In this document: one piece after another, positions 48,957 through 60,500 of the stretch
How positions within the stretch are numbered: position 1 is the stretch's first letter
How the letters are laid out: every line of letters begins with the position of its first letter
DNA from: a virus
Direction: 5' to 3' (one strand)
Length of the DNA stretch: 64,000 nt
IMG/VR virus record: IMGVR_UViG_3300018080_006015
Coordinates: 32,001 to 96,000 of that record
Notes under the pieces: model-generated
The model's input: only the letters and a program-made list of their open reading frames with translations
Databases searched by the model: none
What the model was told of the DNA's origin: nothing
Made by a program: the position numbers and the translations under genes

Positions 48957-49766
48957 ATGGACAATACCGTTTGTAAAAAAATAGGAAGACATTTTTGGCT
49001 ATGGCCTTGGCAACACACAAAAAGGTGTGCTGTTTGTGGTGCCGTAAAAAATCTTAAAGTAGGTGAAAATACCATTACAGCCAGTCCTGACATTCCTCCA
49101 GTTACTGATGTTTTACGCTGGTCAATATCACAGTCATCTTTAAACGAGGGTGATATTGGTATGGACACTAATTTAGGCCGACCTCAAGCATATATGCATT
49201 CGGATAATCGCGATCTCATACACGCTGATGAGTCTATGGCCCAATATGAAACACAAAGATTATCCGCCCCACAACATAGCGTATATTTGGCAGTAGATAG
49301 TTCTAAAGATGTTGCGGTTTCTATTAGTGGGGCTTTTATTGGTGTAAATAGTGGGTTTCCGGTTTATATAGAAATGCGCCCATCTACATATGTCGTTGGA
49401 GCTAATGATTTTGCAGTTATAGAGCGTACAAGATATCGAATAGGCGTAGGAACTGGAGAAGATCATGTAGGTCATAATGGTCATGGTATTATGTATATGA
49501 ATTCAATAGATTCTGGTGAGCGACATGAAGGATGGTTTCAGTCTTTTTTTTGGGTTGATGATCAAAGAGATTGGCTGACAATTACAACACAATCTGGTCA
49601 TACAGAAATATATGAAGCGGCAGAATATATAGTAACATCGCATGCTTATACTAGAATACAAGTTATAGAAGACTTTAATTTAATAGAAATAGCCGGAAAT
49701 GCCAATGATTTTTTTCAAATAGGATCAAGATTTACTGCAGCTTGGTGGCCTATGAAGGCACTCTAG
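48957..49766 (+). CDS. Zn-finger-headed paralog 1 (269 aa)
   Basis: CKKIGRHFWLWPWQHTKRCAVCG; DVLRWS; GDIGM..GRP; EGWFQS; GSRFT..WWPM. Confidence 0.75.
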   Translation: MDNTVCKKIGRHFWLWPWQHTKRCAVCGAVKNLKVGENTITASPDIPPVTDVLRWSISQSSLNEGDIGMDTNLGRPQAYMHSDNRDLIHADESMAQYETQRLSAPQHSVYLAVDSSKDVAVSISGAFIGVNSGFPVYIEMRPSTYVVGANDFAVIERTRYRIGVGTGEDHVGHNGHGIMYMNSIDSGERHEGWFQSFFWVDDQRDWLTITTQSGHTEIYEAAEYIVTSHAYTRIQVIEDFNLIEIAGNANDFFQIGSRFTAAWWPMKAL

Positions 49767-49773
49767 GAAATAT

Positions 49774-50589
49774 ATGAGTACGGGAATTTGTAAAAAAAGA
49801 GGGAAACATTTGTGGATGTGGCCATGGCAACAGACAAAACGATGTTTATTATGTGGCGCTTTTAAAAATTTACATGTTGGGGAAAGTTCATTAACGTGGA
49901 GTCCAGATATTCCACCGGTAACTGATGTTTTGCGGTGGTCCAGCTCAGAATCTCCAACTCAAGCTGGTGATATTGGAATGAGCACAGTTACCGGAAGGCC
50001 AAGATCTTATATTAGTTCTGCAAGTAGGGATTTAGTGCATTATGATGAGGCTATGGTTCAAATAGAAACTATTAACGTGGCTGTTCCGTCCCAAGTTATT
50101 AATTTTACAGGGCTTGATGGCGATATCGATATTGCGTATTGTCTTTCTGGCAATTTTGATGGCGATAATGCTGGTATTCAACATTGGATTGAAATAGATA
50201 TTAATGGAAATGCTCCAACTGTTAATGAGCAATATAGAATAGAGAGGACGCTTTATAATACTAATGTTGGTGGCGTTGTTGAAGATCATACATCTGGCAC
50301 TACAGCTCATCCCATTATGTGGGTAAGAAATTTTGACAGTTCAATTAGGGAGGGATGGTTTCAGTCTTGGATTTGGGCATTAAAGTCATATGATTGGATT
50401 TTTATAAATACTTTGTCTGGTCATAGTGAGTGGGTGGATGGTCAAATTTATATCGTTACATCGCATTCATTTTTGCGCATAGAAGCAGATCAAATCAACA
50501 CAATATCGGTGGATGGTAATATTGGAGCGTATTTTGAGCCTGGTTCAAGGTTTACTCTTGCATATTGGCCGATGAAAGATTTGCCGTAA
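49774..50589 (+). CDS. Zn-finger-headed paralog 2 (271 aa)
   Basis: CKKRGKHLWMWPWQQTKRCLLCG and the same conserved blocks. Confidence 0.75.
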   Translation: MSTGICKKRGKHLWMWPWQQTKRCLLCGAFKNLHVGESSLTWSPDIPPVTDVLRWSSSESPTQAGDIGMSTVTGRPRSYISSASRDLVHYDEAMVQIETINVAVPSQVINFTGLDGDIDIAYCLSGNFDGDNAGIQHWIEIDINGNAPTVNEQYRIERTLYNTNVGGVVEDHTSGTTAHPIMWVRNFDSSIREGWFQSWIWALKSYDWIFINTLSGHSEWVDGQIYIVTSHSFLRIEADQINTISVDGNIGAYFEPGSRFTLAYWPMKDLP

Positions 50590-50602
50590 TTTTGAGGAAA
50601 TA

Positions 50603-51415
50603 ATGAAAAAATCATTGTGTAAAAAAATTGGAAGACATTTTTGGTTATGGCCTTGGCAAAGATGTAAGCGATGTATTGTTTGCGGCGCATTTCAAACCTT
50701 GCAAGCTGGCGAAAATACTATTACTTCCTCCCCTAGTGCGGGATTTGATGTTTTAAGATGGTCTGGCAGTCAAAATGCCTTACAAGCTGGTGATTTGGGT
50801 ATGGATACTGCAACTGGGCGCCCACAAGCATACATTCATTCAGCAAATCGCGATCTTATACATATTGATGAGTCTATGGCTCAAATAGAAACAATACGTG
50901 TATCTGCCCCTACGAATTCTGTGGGTTATGGTCCTGTTGTTGGAGATCGTGCTGGTGCTTTTTGCATAACAGGGATGTATCTGGGATTACAACAGGCTCC
51001 TTCATTGGATTATTTGATTTATTTGGGAGTAAATGGTACAGGACCAGCATTAGGTAATAGTCATTATATTATTGAAGACACATATGGTACTCCGGGTGAT
51101 ACTCAATATTCAGGAAATAGAAATGCTATTGTTCATGGTTGGGATGGAGATTTTGGAGATGTACACGAAGGATGGTTCCAAACTTGGGTGTGGGTAGGTA
51201 GAGATATTGAATATATTGTGGCCAACACTAGGGCGGGAGTTATGCAGTGGGATGATGGGGTGTTGTTTTCTACTACACAACATTCATATTTACGAATGCT
51301 GCAATCAGATGTTGGGTCTGAAATAACCTCATTGGAAATTATTACGGATCCTGTTGGTTTTTTCCAAGCTGGCTCTAGATTTACATTTTCTTGGTGGCCT
51401 ATGCAAACATTATAA
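50603..51415 (+). CDS. Zn-finger-headed paralog 3 (270 aa)
   Basis: CKKIGRHFWLWPWQRCKRCIVCG and the same conserved blocks. Confidence 0.75.
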   Translation: MKKSLCKKIGRHFWLWPWQRCKRCIVCGAFQTLQAGENTITSSPSAGFDVLRWSGSQNALQAGDLGMDTATGRPQAYIHSANRDLIHIDESMAQIETIRVSAPTNSVGYGPVVGDRAGAFCITGMYLGLQQAPSLDYLIYLGVNGTGPALGNSHYIIEDTYGTPGDTQYSGNRNAIVHGWDGDFGDVHEGWFQTWVWVGRDIEYIVANTRAGVMQWDDGVLFSTTQHSYLRMLQSDVGSEITSLEIITDPVGFFQAGSRFTFSWWPMQTL

Positions 51416-51452
51416 AATTTGCACATTAAAATTAAGTAATAATAACAAAAAT

Positions 51453-51504
51453 TTGAGCTATCCAACGCCTAATTTTGCATTGCTGTAGGTATTGAACTAT
51501 CCAA
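51453..51504. repeat. 13-bp direct repeat TTGA(G/A)CTATCCAA x2, 39-bp period
   Basis: ttgagctatccaa at 51453-51465 and ttgaactatccaa at 51492-51504, each followed shortly by cctaat, upstream of the giant ORF. Confidence 0.6.
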
Positions 51505-51557
51505 TTTTACCTAATAAATTGCTTTTTAGTAATAATACACATATAGCGAGATGAATA

Positions 51558-54500
51558 ATGGCGAATGGTTTCATATATAATAGAAGCATCCCAGAAATTA
51601 GACTAATAGACGGTTATGATCAAAACGATGTGGTTATAATTAGTGGAGATCGTGATTCTGGTCTAAATTTGGGTGTTACGGCGGATCTAGATGTTCCCGG
51701 TCCACCACCAATATCTTTTATAACAAGTTTTGGCCCTGGAGTTGTAAATACTGGTGTGGTTTCCGCCACAATGGACCGTCCCGCTCCGATGGTAGATTCA
51801 AGCAGCGGATTGGTATGTTATTTTGCTCAGGCTGAAGAACATGCTGGCGATATAGATACAACGCTTATTGGTGGTTTTGCTGCGATAGAGCCTGTTAGAA
51901 GCCCATTTGGACATGCACACGCAGCAGCTTTTGTTGCTTCAGGAAATCCTGTTACTGGTGATGATTGGGATTCTACCTTATTTTGTCTAGATACCAACTG
52001 TGTTATTACTACTATTACTGGTTTTGATGGTTATGGTCGTTATTTTTTGGTTCAAACTGGTGATGGTTATGAACAGTCTGGTGGAGATGCCATTTTTGCG
52101 CTTGGAGATTCTTATGGTTCTACACCGGATACATATGGTGGTAATTTGCTTGTTCGACCTGGTCTTTCTGAAGTTGGATTTCCTGCAGGAGACCATGGAA
52201 AAGTTGTTTTAGAGGCTAGAGCATCTGATCAGCAGCTTCTTGCAGTGAGGGGGTTTGCAGGACAGACAAGAGACCTTGTAACCTTTACGGATGAAACGGC
52301 CACAACCTATTCTGGAATAACAGCTGATGGAAGATATTTTTTAATTGACGGGGCGATGCCGGGTTATGTGTTAACCTCGGATGCATTTGGGATTGTACGT
52401 TGGGCACCTCCAACTGGCGACGGTTATGATGGTTATAGTTATTGGTCGTTGAATGGTACCGATATTCATCCAATAGACGTGGCGTATAATGTGGCTATCG
52501 GAGATATCGCAACGTCAGGTGGTGGTGAAGTATTCTACGTTAGTGGAAGATCATTTATGGATGGTGGTTCATTGCCGCCTTTTTCTGATGCGTTATTGGT
52601 TGAGGCTAATTGCGATAATGGAAATGTTTCTGTTATTGAGGCTTCGATACAAAGGATCAATCCATTAGGTCCCGGAGAAATTGTTTCCGCTATTAAAGTT
52701 GGCGCAGAAAATGTCTTGGGAGATCATCCATCTTCAGCTATGGCTGGAATTTTGTTTGATGCTCCAACTATAAATGATTCAAATCCACCATCAGGTGCCA
52801 TAGTTGTATTTGGAGATAGTGCTTCTGGTAATTATTATCAGGGAACTGTTGTGGCTCTTGATCATGATTTAAATTTGTCATGTGATAGAATATTTTCTGG
52901 ACCTGGTGATGGTCCTAATGTGGCAGTATTTGCCGCCAGTGGTGTTTCGAATGGTGTTGGTGGTGTCATTTCTATGCAAACAGGTAGTGCCGATGCAGCT
53001 GGTGCTCCTCCTGGTACTGCACTTGCTGGTGGAGCATTATTATTTCAAACCGGAGATTCATCATCAAGTGCAGCGGCTATAGATGGCCCGCTTATGTATT
53101 TTTTGTGCGGCAATGCGAGTAGCACTAATGGCGATCCAGCTACTGGTGGTGGTGTACAGTTTAATATGGGCTATGGTGACGGCATTGGCGGTCGAACTGG
53201 AGAATTTATCATAAATGATCCAGTTATGAACAAATATGTTAGAGTAGATTTTGATGGTTATTCTACCAGACTAAATGGCGGATTAGATCCTAATTTATCT
53301 AATGCTCAATTTGAAATTCATGCCGATACAAACACAACAAACGGGCCAGGAGCTAGCTTGGCATTATTTGCCAGTAATGCAACTTATGATTTTGGCCCTA
53401 GTGGTTTCGATGGTGGAAATATTTGGCTTCATACTGGTGATGGGTATCAGATTGGTGGCTCTGGCGGATCTGGTGGTAATGTTAATATATTGTGTGGAAG
53501 TGCTGCTGCTGGTGGCTCCGGTTTTGGTGGTGGTGTTATTGTTTCTTTGGGAGAGTCGGATGATTATGATCGACACGGCCGATTTACTGTAGAATCTACT
53601 GTTGGAGGTCCGTATTGTAGTACTTATTCATCATCTCCGGACACAATAGATATTGTTGGTTTTGCACAGAGCACGTTTAGATTAAGTTCGGAGACAATTG
53701 GTGATGGTGTTCCTGGCACATCTTTTTTCATTACTGCATCTAACGGTAATGCATCATTGCCTGGTGGGTATGTTGGTGGTGATTTGTCATTGGTGGCTGG
53801 ACATGGGGCTGTTAATGGCTTATTTGATGCTGATGGTGGTGGGTTATATCTCTTTGGCGGAGATGCTACAAGTGGTAATATAGGCGCTGATGGTGGGTCT
53901 ATATACTTCCATCCCGGTGAAGGTGCTGGTGCTGGTTTTGGTGGCGCGGTTGTAATGCAAGCTGCTGAGGGTCATATTGGTGAGTTTGTTAGAATGCAAA
54001 CTACTGATGGCTATCCTGTATTTTCTGCGGGTGTAGAAGGTTGGGTAGAAATAGGGTCGGCAACAGATCCAACAGATTTGGGTGATTTTTCTTCTGGTAT
54101 AGATGGTTATGCTAGGTTATTTTACGATCAATCCGAAGGTGCTATAAATCTATTTAGTGGTAATGGAGTGGCCACAGCGGTTTTGTCCGCAAATGTAAAT
54201 GGTGGATTTTTGGGGTTGGGAACAGTCGGGCCGTTTGGATCTGAACAATTAAGTGTTGTTGGAGATGCGTATATAGGTGGAAAACTAACTGTGGTTGGCG
54301 CTCTAGATCCAATTTCCGTATCTATATTAGATACTATTGGTGCTGGTGATGGTGCATATTATGAGGCTTATGATGGTAGTGGTGTTGCTCCCGTAGGTCC
54401 TGGTGATAGTTTTGGGAGAATTCGTTATAATAATCTGTCTCAATCTTGGGAAGCTTCTACTCCAATTACTGGCGGTTGGTTGCCAATTGGTGGGGGAGGA

Positions 54501-57500
54501 CCATCTGGTGATGGTTATTGGAGCTTAAGTGATGGGTACATATTATATCCACAAAATACAAATTACGATGTAGTAATCGGCGGGACAGATGTTACTGGGG
54601 ATGGTGAAAAATTACGAGTTCAGGGACTTACATTATTAGAAGGTCAACCAGGACAAGAAGATGCTGTAATTGTTAGTGGTTGGTGTGATTTTGATGACGC
54701 AACCGTAGTAAATGTAGAGATGCAGCGATTTTCCGGACTAGGCCCTTATGAGGCAGTTCACGGCTATAAAACAGAAGTAACCAGCATACCAAGCGATCAT
54801 GTTGACTCTTTAACTTCTGCGTTTACTGCAGATGTGCCTGAAATTGGAAATCCTGCAGCATGGTCTTCTGCTTTTACACTTTTTGGAAATGATAGCTCAT
54901 TTGATTCGTATACATTTGCACTATTATCTGTAGATCAAAATCTTAACATAGTTGCTGCAAGATCTCCTTCTGGTGGTCTTCACTCTCCACATATTCAACT
55001 GGCAACTACGACACCTATGGATGGATATGCTGGGGATATTATTATAAATCCAGGAAGTTCTAATGCGGCAAATCCAAATAGTGCTTATAATGGATCGAAT
55101 TTAGATATAATAACTGGAAACGGATCAGCTTCTGGGTTTGGTTATGCGGCAGATGGTGGCCATGTTGAAGTAGAGCTTGGTGGTGGTGCGAGTGGCGATG
55201 GAACAACCCCCGCAATGGGTGGTGGTTTTTATGTAAAATTAGGCGCCGGAGATGGTGTCGGTGCTTTAGGTGGTGTATTTCATATAGCCAATTCTCCAAC
55301 TACAAACAATAATATGTTGGAGCTTACAGAAAATGATGGAACAACAAAGATAGCTGTTCTTGGTTCTCCTGGATATTTTAATTTGGGCCAAATATATGTG
55401 GCGAGTGGCGCCGGAGATTTGGCAGCAGGAGATGGGTACAATTATCTGTATTATGATGCTTCGGAAATGCGTCTGATGATGACGGATTTGCTTGGCAATC
55501 AGCAAATTACATTAGAAGCAGATACAAATGGTGGTTATATTGGGGTAGGTGGCGGAGCAACAATTCCTGCAGGACCAGAACAATTAAGGGTAGCAAACAA
55601 TGCCGTTATAGAAGGTGCGTTAGCTGTTAATGCCTCGGGAATGGCTGGAAATGAAACTCTTAGAGTAGATGGCGTTGCCGGACAACCTATGGCTACATTT
55701 ATAAGGCCGGGCAGTACTTGTGCGTCTTCACAAATTGCCATTGATGTACAGGCAAGGGGCGATATTTTAGCCGGGGATACATGCCAGGTTGTAAGAATTT
55801 TGGGAGGAATTGGAGCCAACAACGCCGGTAGCACAGGTATTGCTTTAGATGTAAATGCAGAAAGCGATGGTAGTTGGACGGCTGGGGCCAGTGGTATTGG
55901 GTTGAAATTATCTGGTGGTAAAGTAGATTCTGATGGTACCTTTATAGTTGAACATATATTGCAGCCAGCAACGATTGGTGGAAACCCATCATATGTTGAT
56001 ACCATATTGAAGGTTGAAAAGGCAGGTGGAACGTTAGTAGATAATTATTTTGAAATTGTAGACCTAACAACTGCTGCATCTCCTATATTTAGTGTTAGTG
56101 AGACATTATTTAATTGTACATTAGATGCAGAGTTTAACGCTGATGTACAAATAGACGGGAAACTAACAGTAGATGGATATATTGATCCGATTGGTATTAT
56201 TATAGAAAGCCTAACTAATGATGCTTTCTTAGAACTTGGCGATGGACAAAATGCTGTTGTATCTGGACCTGGTACTGGTCGTTTAATTTATAATGATTCT
56301 ACACAGGCATTTATGATGTCTGTAGATGGTGGCCCTTACCGTATTATTGGGACGGGCGGTGGTGGAGGTGATGGATATTGGGAGCGTGATGAGTCTGGTT
56401 TCTTGTATCCTGTTTTTTCCGGAGATGATATTGCTCTAGGGTCAGATCCGGCTTCAATTGGAGTTATTAGATTAAATAATAATGAGGGAATTTATTGGAA
56501 TAACACCTTGGGTACTGGAGATATTAGGGGGTTATTCGTTGATTCTAATAATGATGTATTAATTGGAAGTACGGGTGGTTCCCAAAGAGATGTCGTATTA
56601 AATGTTCCAACTGGTAACGAGCTAAGAATGCAAATTAATAGCTCGGATATGGTTGAGGTGGCGTCTAACTATATAATATTAAATCCACGTCAGTTGGTTT
56701 TTGATAGTTCGACAAGCTCACCAATCATATATCAAGACCAAGATATAACACCAGGTGTAACTGGTCAAAACCTTACTGTCCAAGCCCAGAATTGCCCCGG
56801 CGGTGGTGGGGCTGCTGGTGGTTCTTTATATTTGGAGCCTGGAAATGGAAATATAGCAGGTTCTGTTGTTATAACAGACGCAATTACACCCATCATTACA
56901 GTGAATGTAAATGGGGTAGAAATTGGAGATCCATTATTCAGATTCGATAAGAGCATAAGTACCCCAACTATTTATCATGAAGATTCTGATGGTTATACTT
57001 CTTCATTGACTGTCAGGGCACAAGGAACAACACTAAATTCAGGCACAGGAGGAAACCTTAATATTCTAGGCGGCTCTGCGGCTTTTGGTGGCGGATCAAC
57101 TGGTGGAAGTGTTGTTATTCAGGCTGGGGCTGGCGACACTGAAGGATCTGTTCTTATAAGAGAGAGTGCTGGAACTACATGGTTATCATTTGCAGGTGGT
57201 AATATAAACTTTTCTAATGGCACCACAGCTGTAACTGCAAGTAGTAATCCAACTTTCAATTTCGGTTCAGGACTATCTACTTTTGAAGGTGATGTCCAAA
57301 TTGATGGCAAACTAACAGTTGACGGTTATCTGGATCCTGTTGCCGTAATTATTGACAGCGCCACAAATGATGCTTTCTTAGAATTTAATGCAGGAGAAAA
57401 TGCGGCACTTTCTCCGTCTGATGCTGGGCGCATTATTTATGATAATACTTCCAAGTCATTCATGGCATCAGTAGACGGTGGCGCATATGTTGCCTTGGGT

Positions 57501-60500
57501 TCTGGTACAGGAGATGGCTATTGGGGCCGTGATGTAACCGGATTTTTGTATCCAATTGTTCCAACCGATGGTGTTCAAATCGGTGGCGAATTGGAGATGG
57601 ATAATAATATCATCCTGAATAAATCCATGGTCGGTGCGGGATCCCCATCTCATCTAATTGAGTTAATTGGAGAAACCAGCGTAGCAGATCGTTCGGTTTA
57701 TATATACAACAACTCCTGGGCGGCAGTTGATAATTATGGTATTAGGCTTGATGATGATAGCAACAATTTATGTGCTGAATTTGGTTTTGGTGCTGGGCTT
57801 GGCTCTATTTGGAGGTTTAATAATGCTTCAGGTGGTATGAGGCTACATACAGAATCTGGGGTTGAAATTTGGGCACTTAGTCAGGCCGGATCTTGGAATA
57901 TCCAAAATTTGCATGGCATACAATTTACCCAACCAGGATTTTCAGGTGGAGCTAGCGCCAATGCATTTAGGGTTATTGGTGGGGCCCATGTTGAATTACC
58001 CGCTTCTACTGAGAGATCGGATATAAGTTTTGAATTAGGGCGAGATGTAGAATTTGCCGCCGGGGCATTAGCTCAACAGAGAGCGGTAATTGTAGAGGCT
58101 CCGACTTATAAGTTTGATGGCGCCTCCACGTTAACTACAGCTGCCACGTTTGCCATAGAAGGCGCCCCATCAGAAGGTACAAATGCAACTATTACAAATT
58201 CGTATGCATTATGGGTACAATCTGGTGATTCTAGTTTTGGTGGTGATATCTATTTTGATTCATCTGTATTGTCGCCCACAATACAGCAGAATAATACAAC
58301 AGTTGGCGATGGAGAAAACCTAAGAGTAGCCGCACAAAGCAGTTCTGCTATTGGTAGTGCTGGTGGGAATCTAACTCTTGCGGCTGGTTATGGTACCGAT
58401 GGTTATGGTGGTCATTTGGGCTTATATGCCGGTAGTTCCGCGGTCTCTGGAATAGGTGGAAATGTTTATCTAACACCAGGAGAAGGCACAACGGTAGGGC
58501 AGGTAATAATACGTGAGCCGTTTGGTGGTACTAGTATTGTAACGTTTGATGATACGTCAGTCGAATCTCCCGGCAATCCAACATGGAATTTTGGCTCTTC
58601 ATTAGCTACCTTTGAGGGTGATGTACAAATCGACGGCAAGTTGACTGTTGATGGCTATTTAGATCCTATTGCAGTAATAATTGAAAGTGCAACGGATGAT
58701 GCTTTCCTACAATTATCTGCTGGTGAAAATGCTGATATTTCCAGTGCCAATGAATGCCGATTGATATATGATAGTGTTGGTGCTAGATTATTAGTATCTG
58801 CAAATGGCGGTCCGTATTCTCCCATTGATGGTTACGCAGGATCTTCTCCATGGACATATATTGGAGGTGTTTTATATCCGGATAACTATATTACAGACGC
58901 AGTTGTAATTGGTGATAATGCTGTTGTTGGATCAGAGTCATTAAGAGTGGTCGGAAACACCTCTTTGTTAGGAAATGTCGTTATAGAAGAAGGAACAACG
59001 AATCCTTCCATATTACAACTAACAAAAACCTCCGGTGCTGCTCAAACATTATCAATTTCAGCACAGTCTAGCAATGATTCTTCTGGCGGTCCATTAACTC
59101 TAAATGCTGGAAGTGGATATACGACAGGTGGCGATATCAATGTGAACGCTGGTGACGGATATACTTGGGGTAATGGTGGTGCTATTCGGTTGCGTGGTGG
59201 TGATGCTACTGGAATTTTGGGTAGTGGTGGTCATGTTTACATCCAAGGCGGAGATTCTGTTGGTGGTACTCAGGGTTATATTATTACTAATTCCAGCCAG
59301 GTTGTGTTTAAGGATTTCTCTGGAACTACATTTGCCTCCATAAGTAATGATAATGAGGCATTGTATTTCTCTGGCGGCTCCTCTCCAACCATTCAACATC
59401 TTGCTACAAATACATTTACCAATCCACTATCTATTATTGGCCAAAACAGCTCAACGGAAGATGGTGGCAATGTTGTAATTTCCGGCGGAGATGCAACGGG
59501 AGCTACTGATAAGTCTGGAGGCGATGTCGAGCTTTATGGTGGGTCCGGAAATGGTATTGGAGTGGCGGGTATTGTTCACTTATTTGGTAGTGGTCATATT
59601 CTAACTGTTGATGGATATGATCGGGTAGGCGTATCTGATGTCGTAACAATAGACGTGGCAAAAGATCGATCTGATGCGTTTAGGTTGATGGAAGATACAA
59701 ATCTTTATATGCAGGTCTTTACAGATATTGGTTCCGAATCAATTGTCTTCGGGGGAACAACAAATCCGGATTATGAGTTTTTTGGTACGGGAACCGCAAC
59801 GTTCGAAGGCGACGTGGAAATAGGAGGCAAACTTACTGTAGACGGTTATATCGACCCGGTAGCCGTAATAATAGAGAGTGCGACAAATGATGCTTACCTT
59901 GGGTTGAGTGCTGGGCAAAACGCCTCACGTAGTGCTGCGGATGAGGGAAAGATTATTTACAATGCAGTTTCGCAGAAATTCCAACTTTCAGCTAATGGAA
60001 ATGCTTTTGTAGATTTAGCAACTGGAGGAAGCAGTGAATGGAATAGAACTGGCGATGTTCTAACTCCCGCAACTGCTAGCGTAAACTATTGGGAATTTGA
60101 TTCAACCGCCTTAGATCCGGTTATCACCCAGGCTGATGAAGATGGGTATGATGTTACAGCTCAAACCCTAACCATTAAGGGTCAAGATGTTACTGGTAAT
60201 TTGAGTGTTGGTGGTGCTGTTGAAATTTGGGGTGGTGCTGCCGCGTTGGATAGTGGTGATGGCGGTGATGTAATAATTCATGGCGGAAACGCCCCAAGCG
60301 CTGTCGGTGGTGATGTAATACTAAGACAGTCCGGCGGGTTTAATACTGGCGCAATTAGAATACAAAATGTTGCTAGCGATGACATATTATCCTTTAGCAG
60401 TAATCAAATTAGCGGCTTGGCCAATAACCCAACGTGGTTATTCGGAACTGGAAGTGCTAATTTTGGAGCAGATCTTACCGTTGTTGGTGAGCTTAATGCC

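Noticed and set aside
857-51465. Short overlapping or antisense ORFs (e.g. 857..1093, 4238..4549, 16370..16729, 20204..20596, 43881..44231)
   Set aside because: They overlap well-supported genes and lack motifs or plausible starts.
28020-51557. Late-promoter motif of the form AAT/TAT-N6-CATA upstream of 28117, 43992 and 51558
   Set aside because: Only three loose matches in AT-rich DNA; too degenerate to support without a genome-wide motif search.
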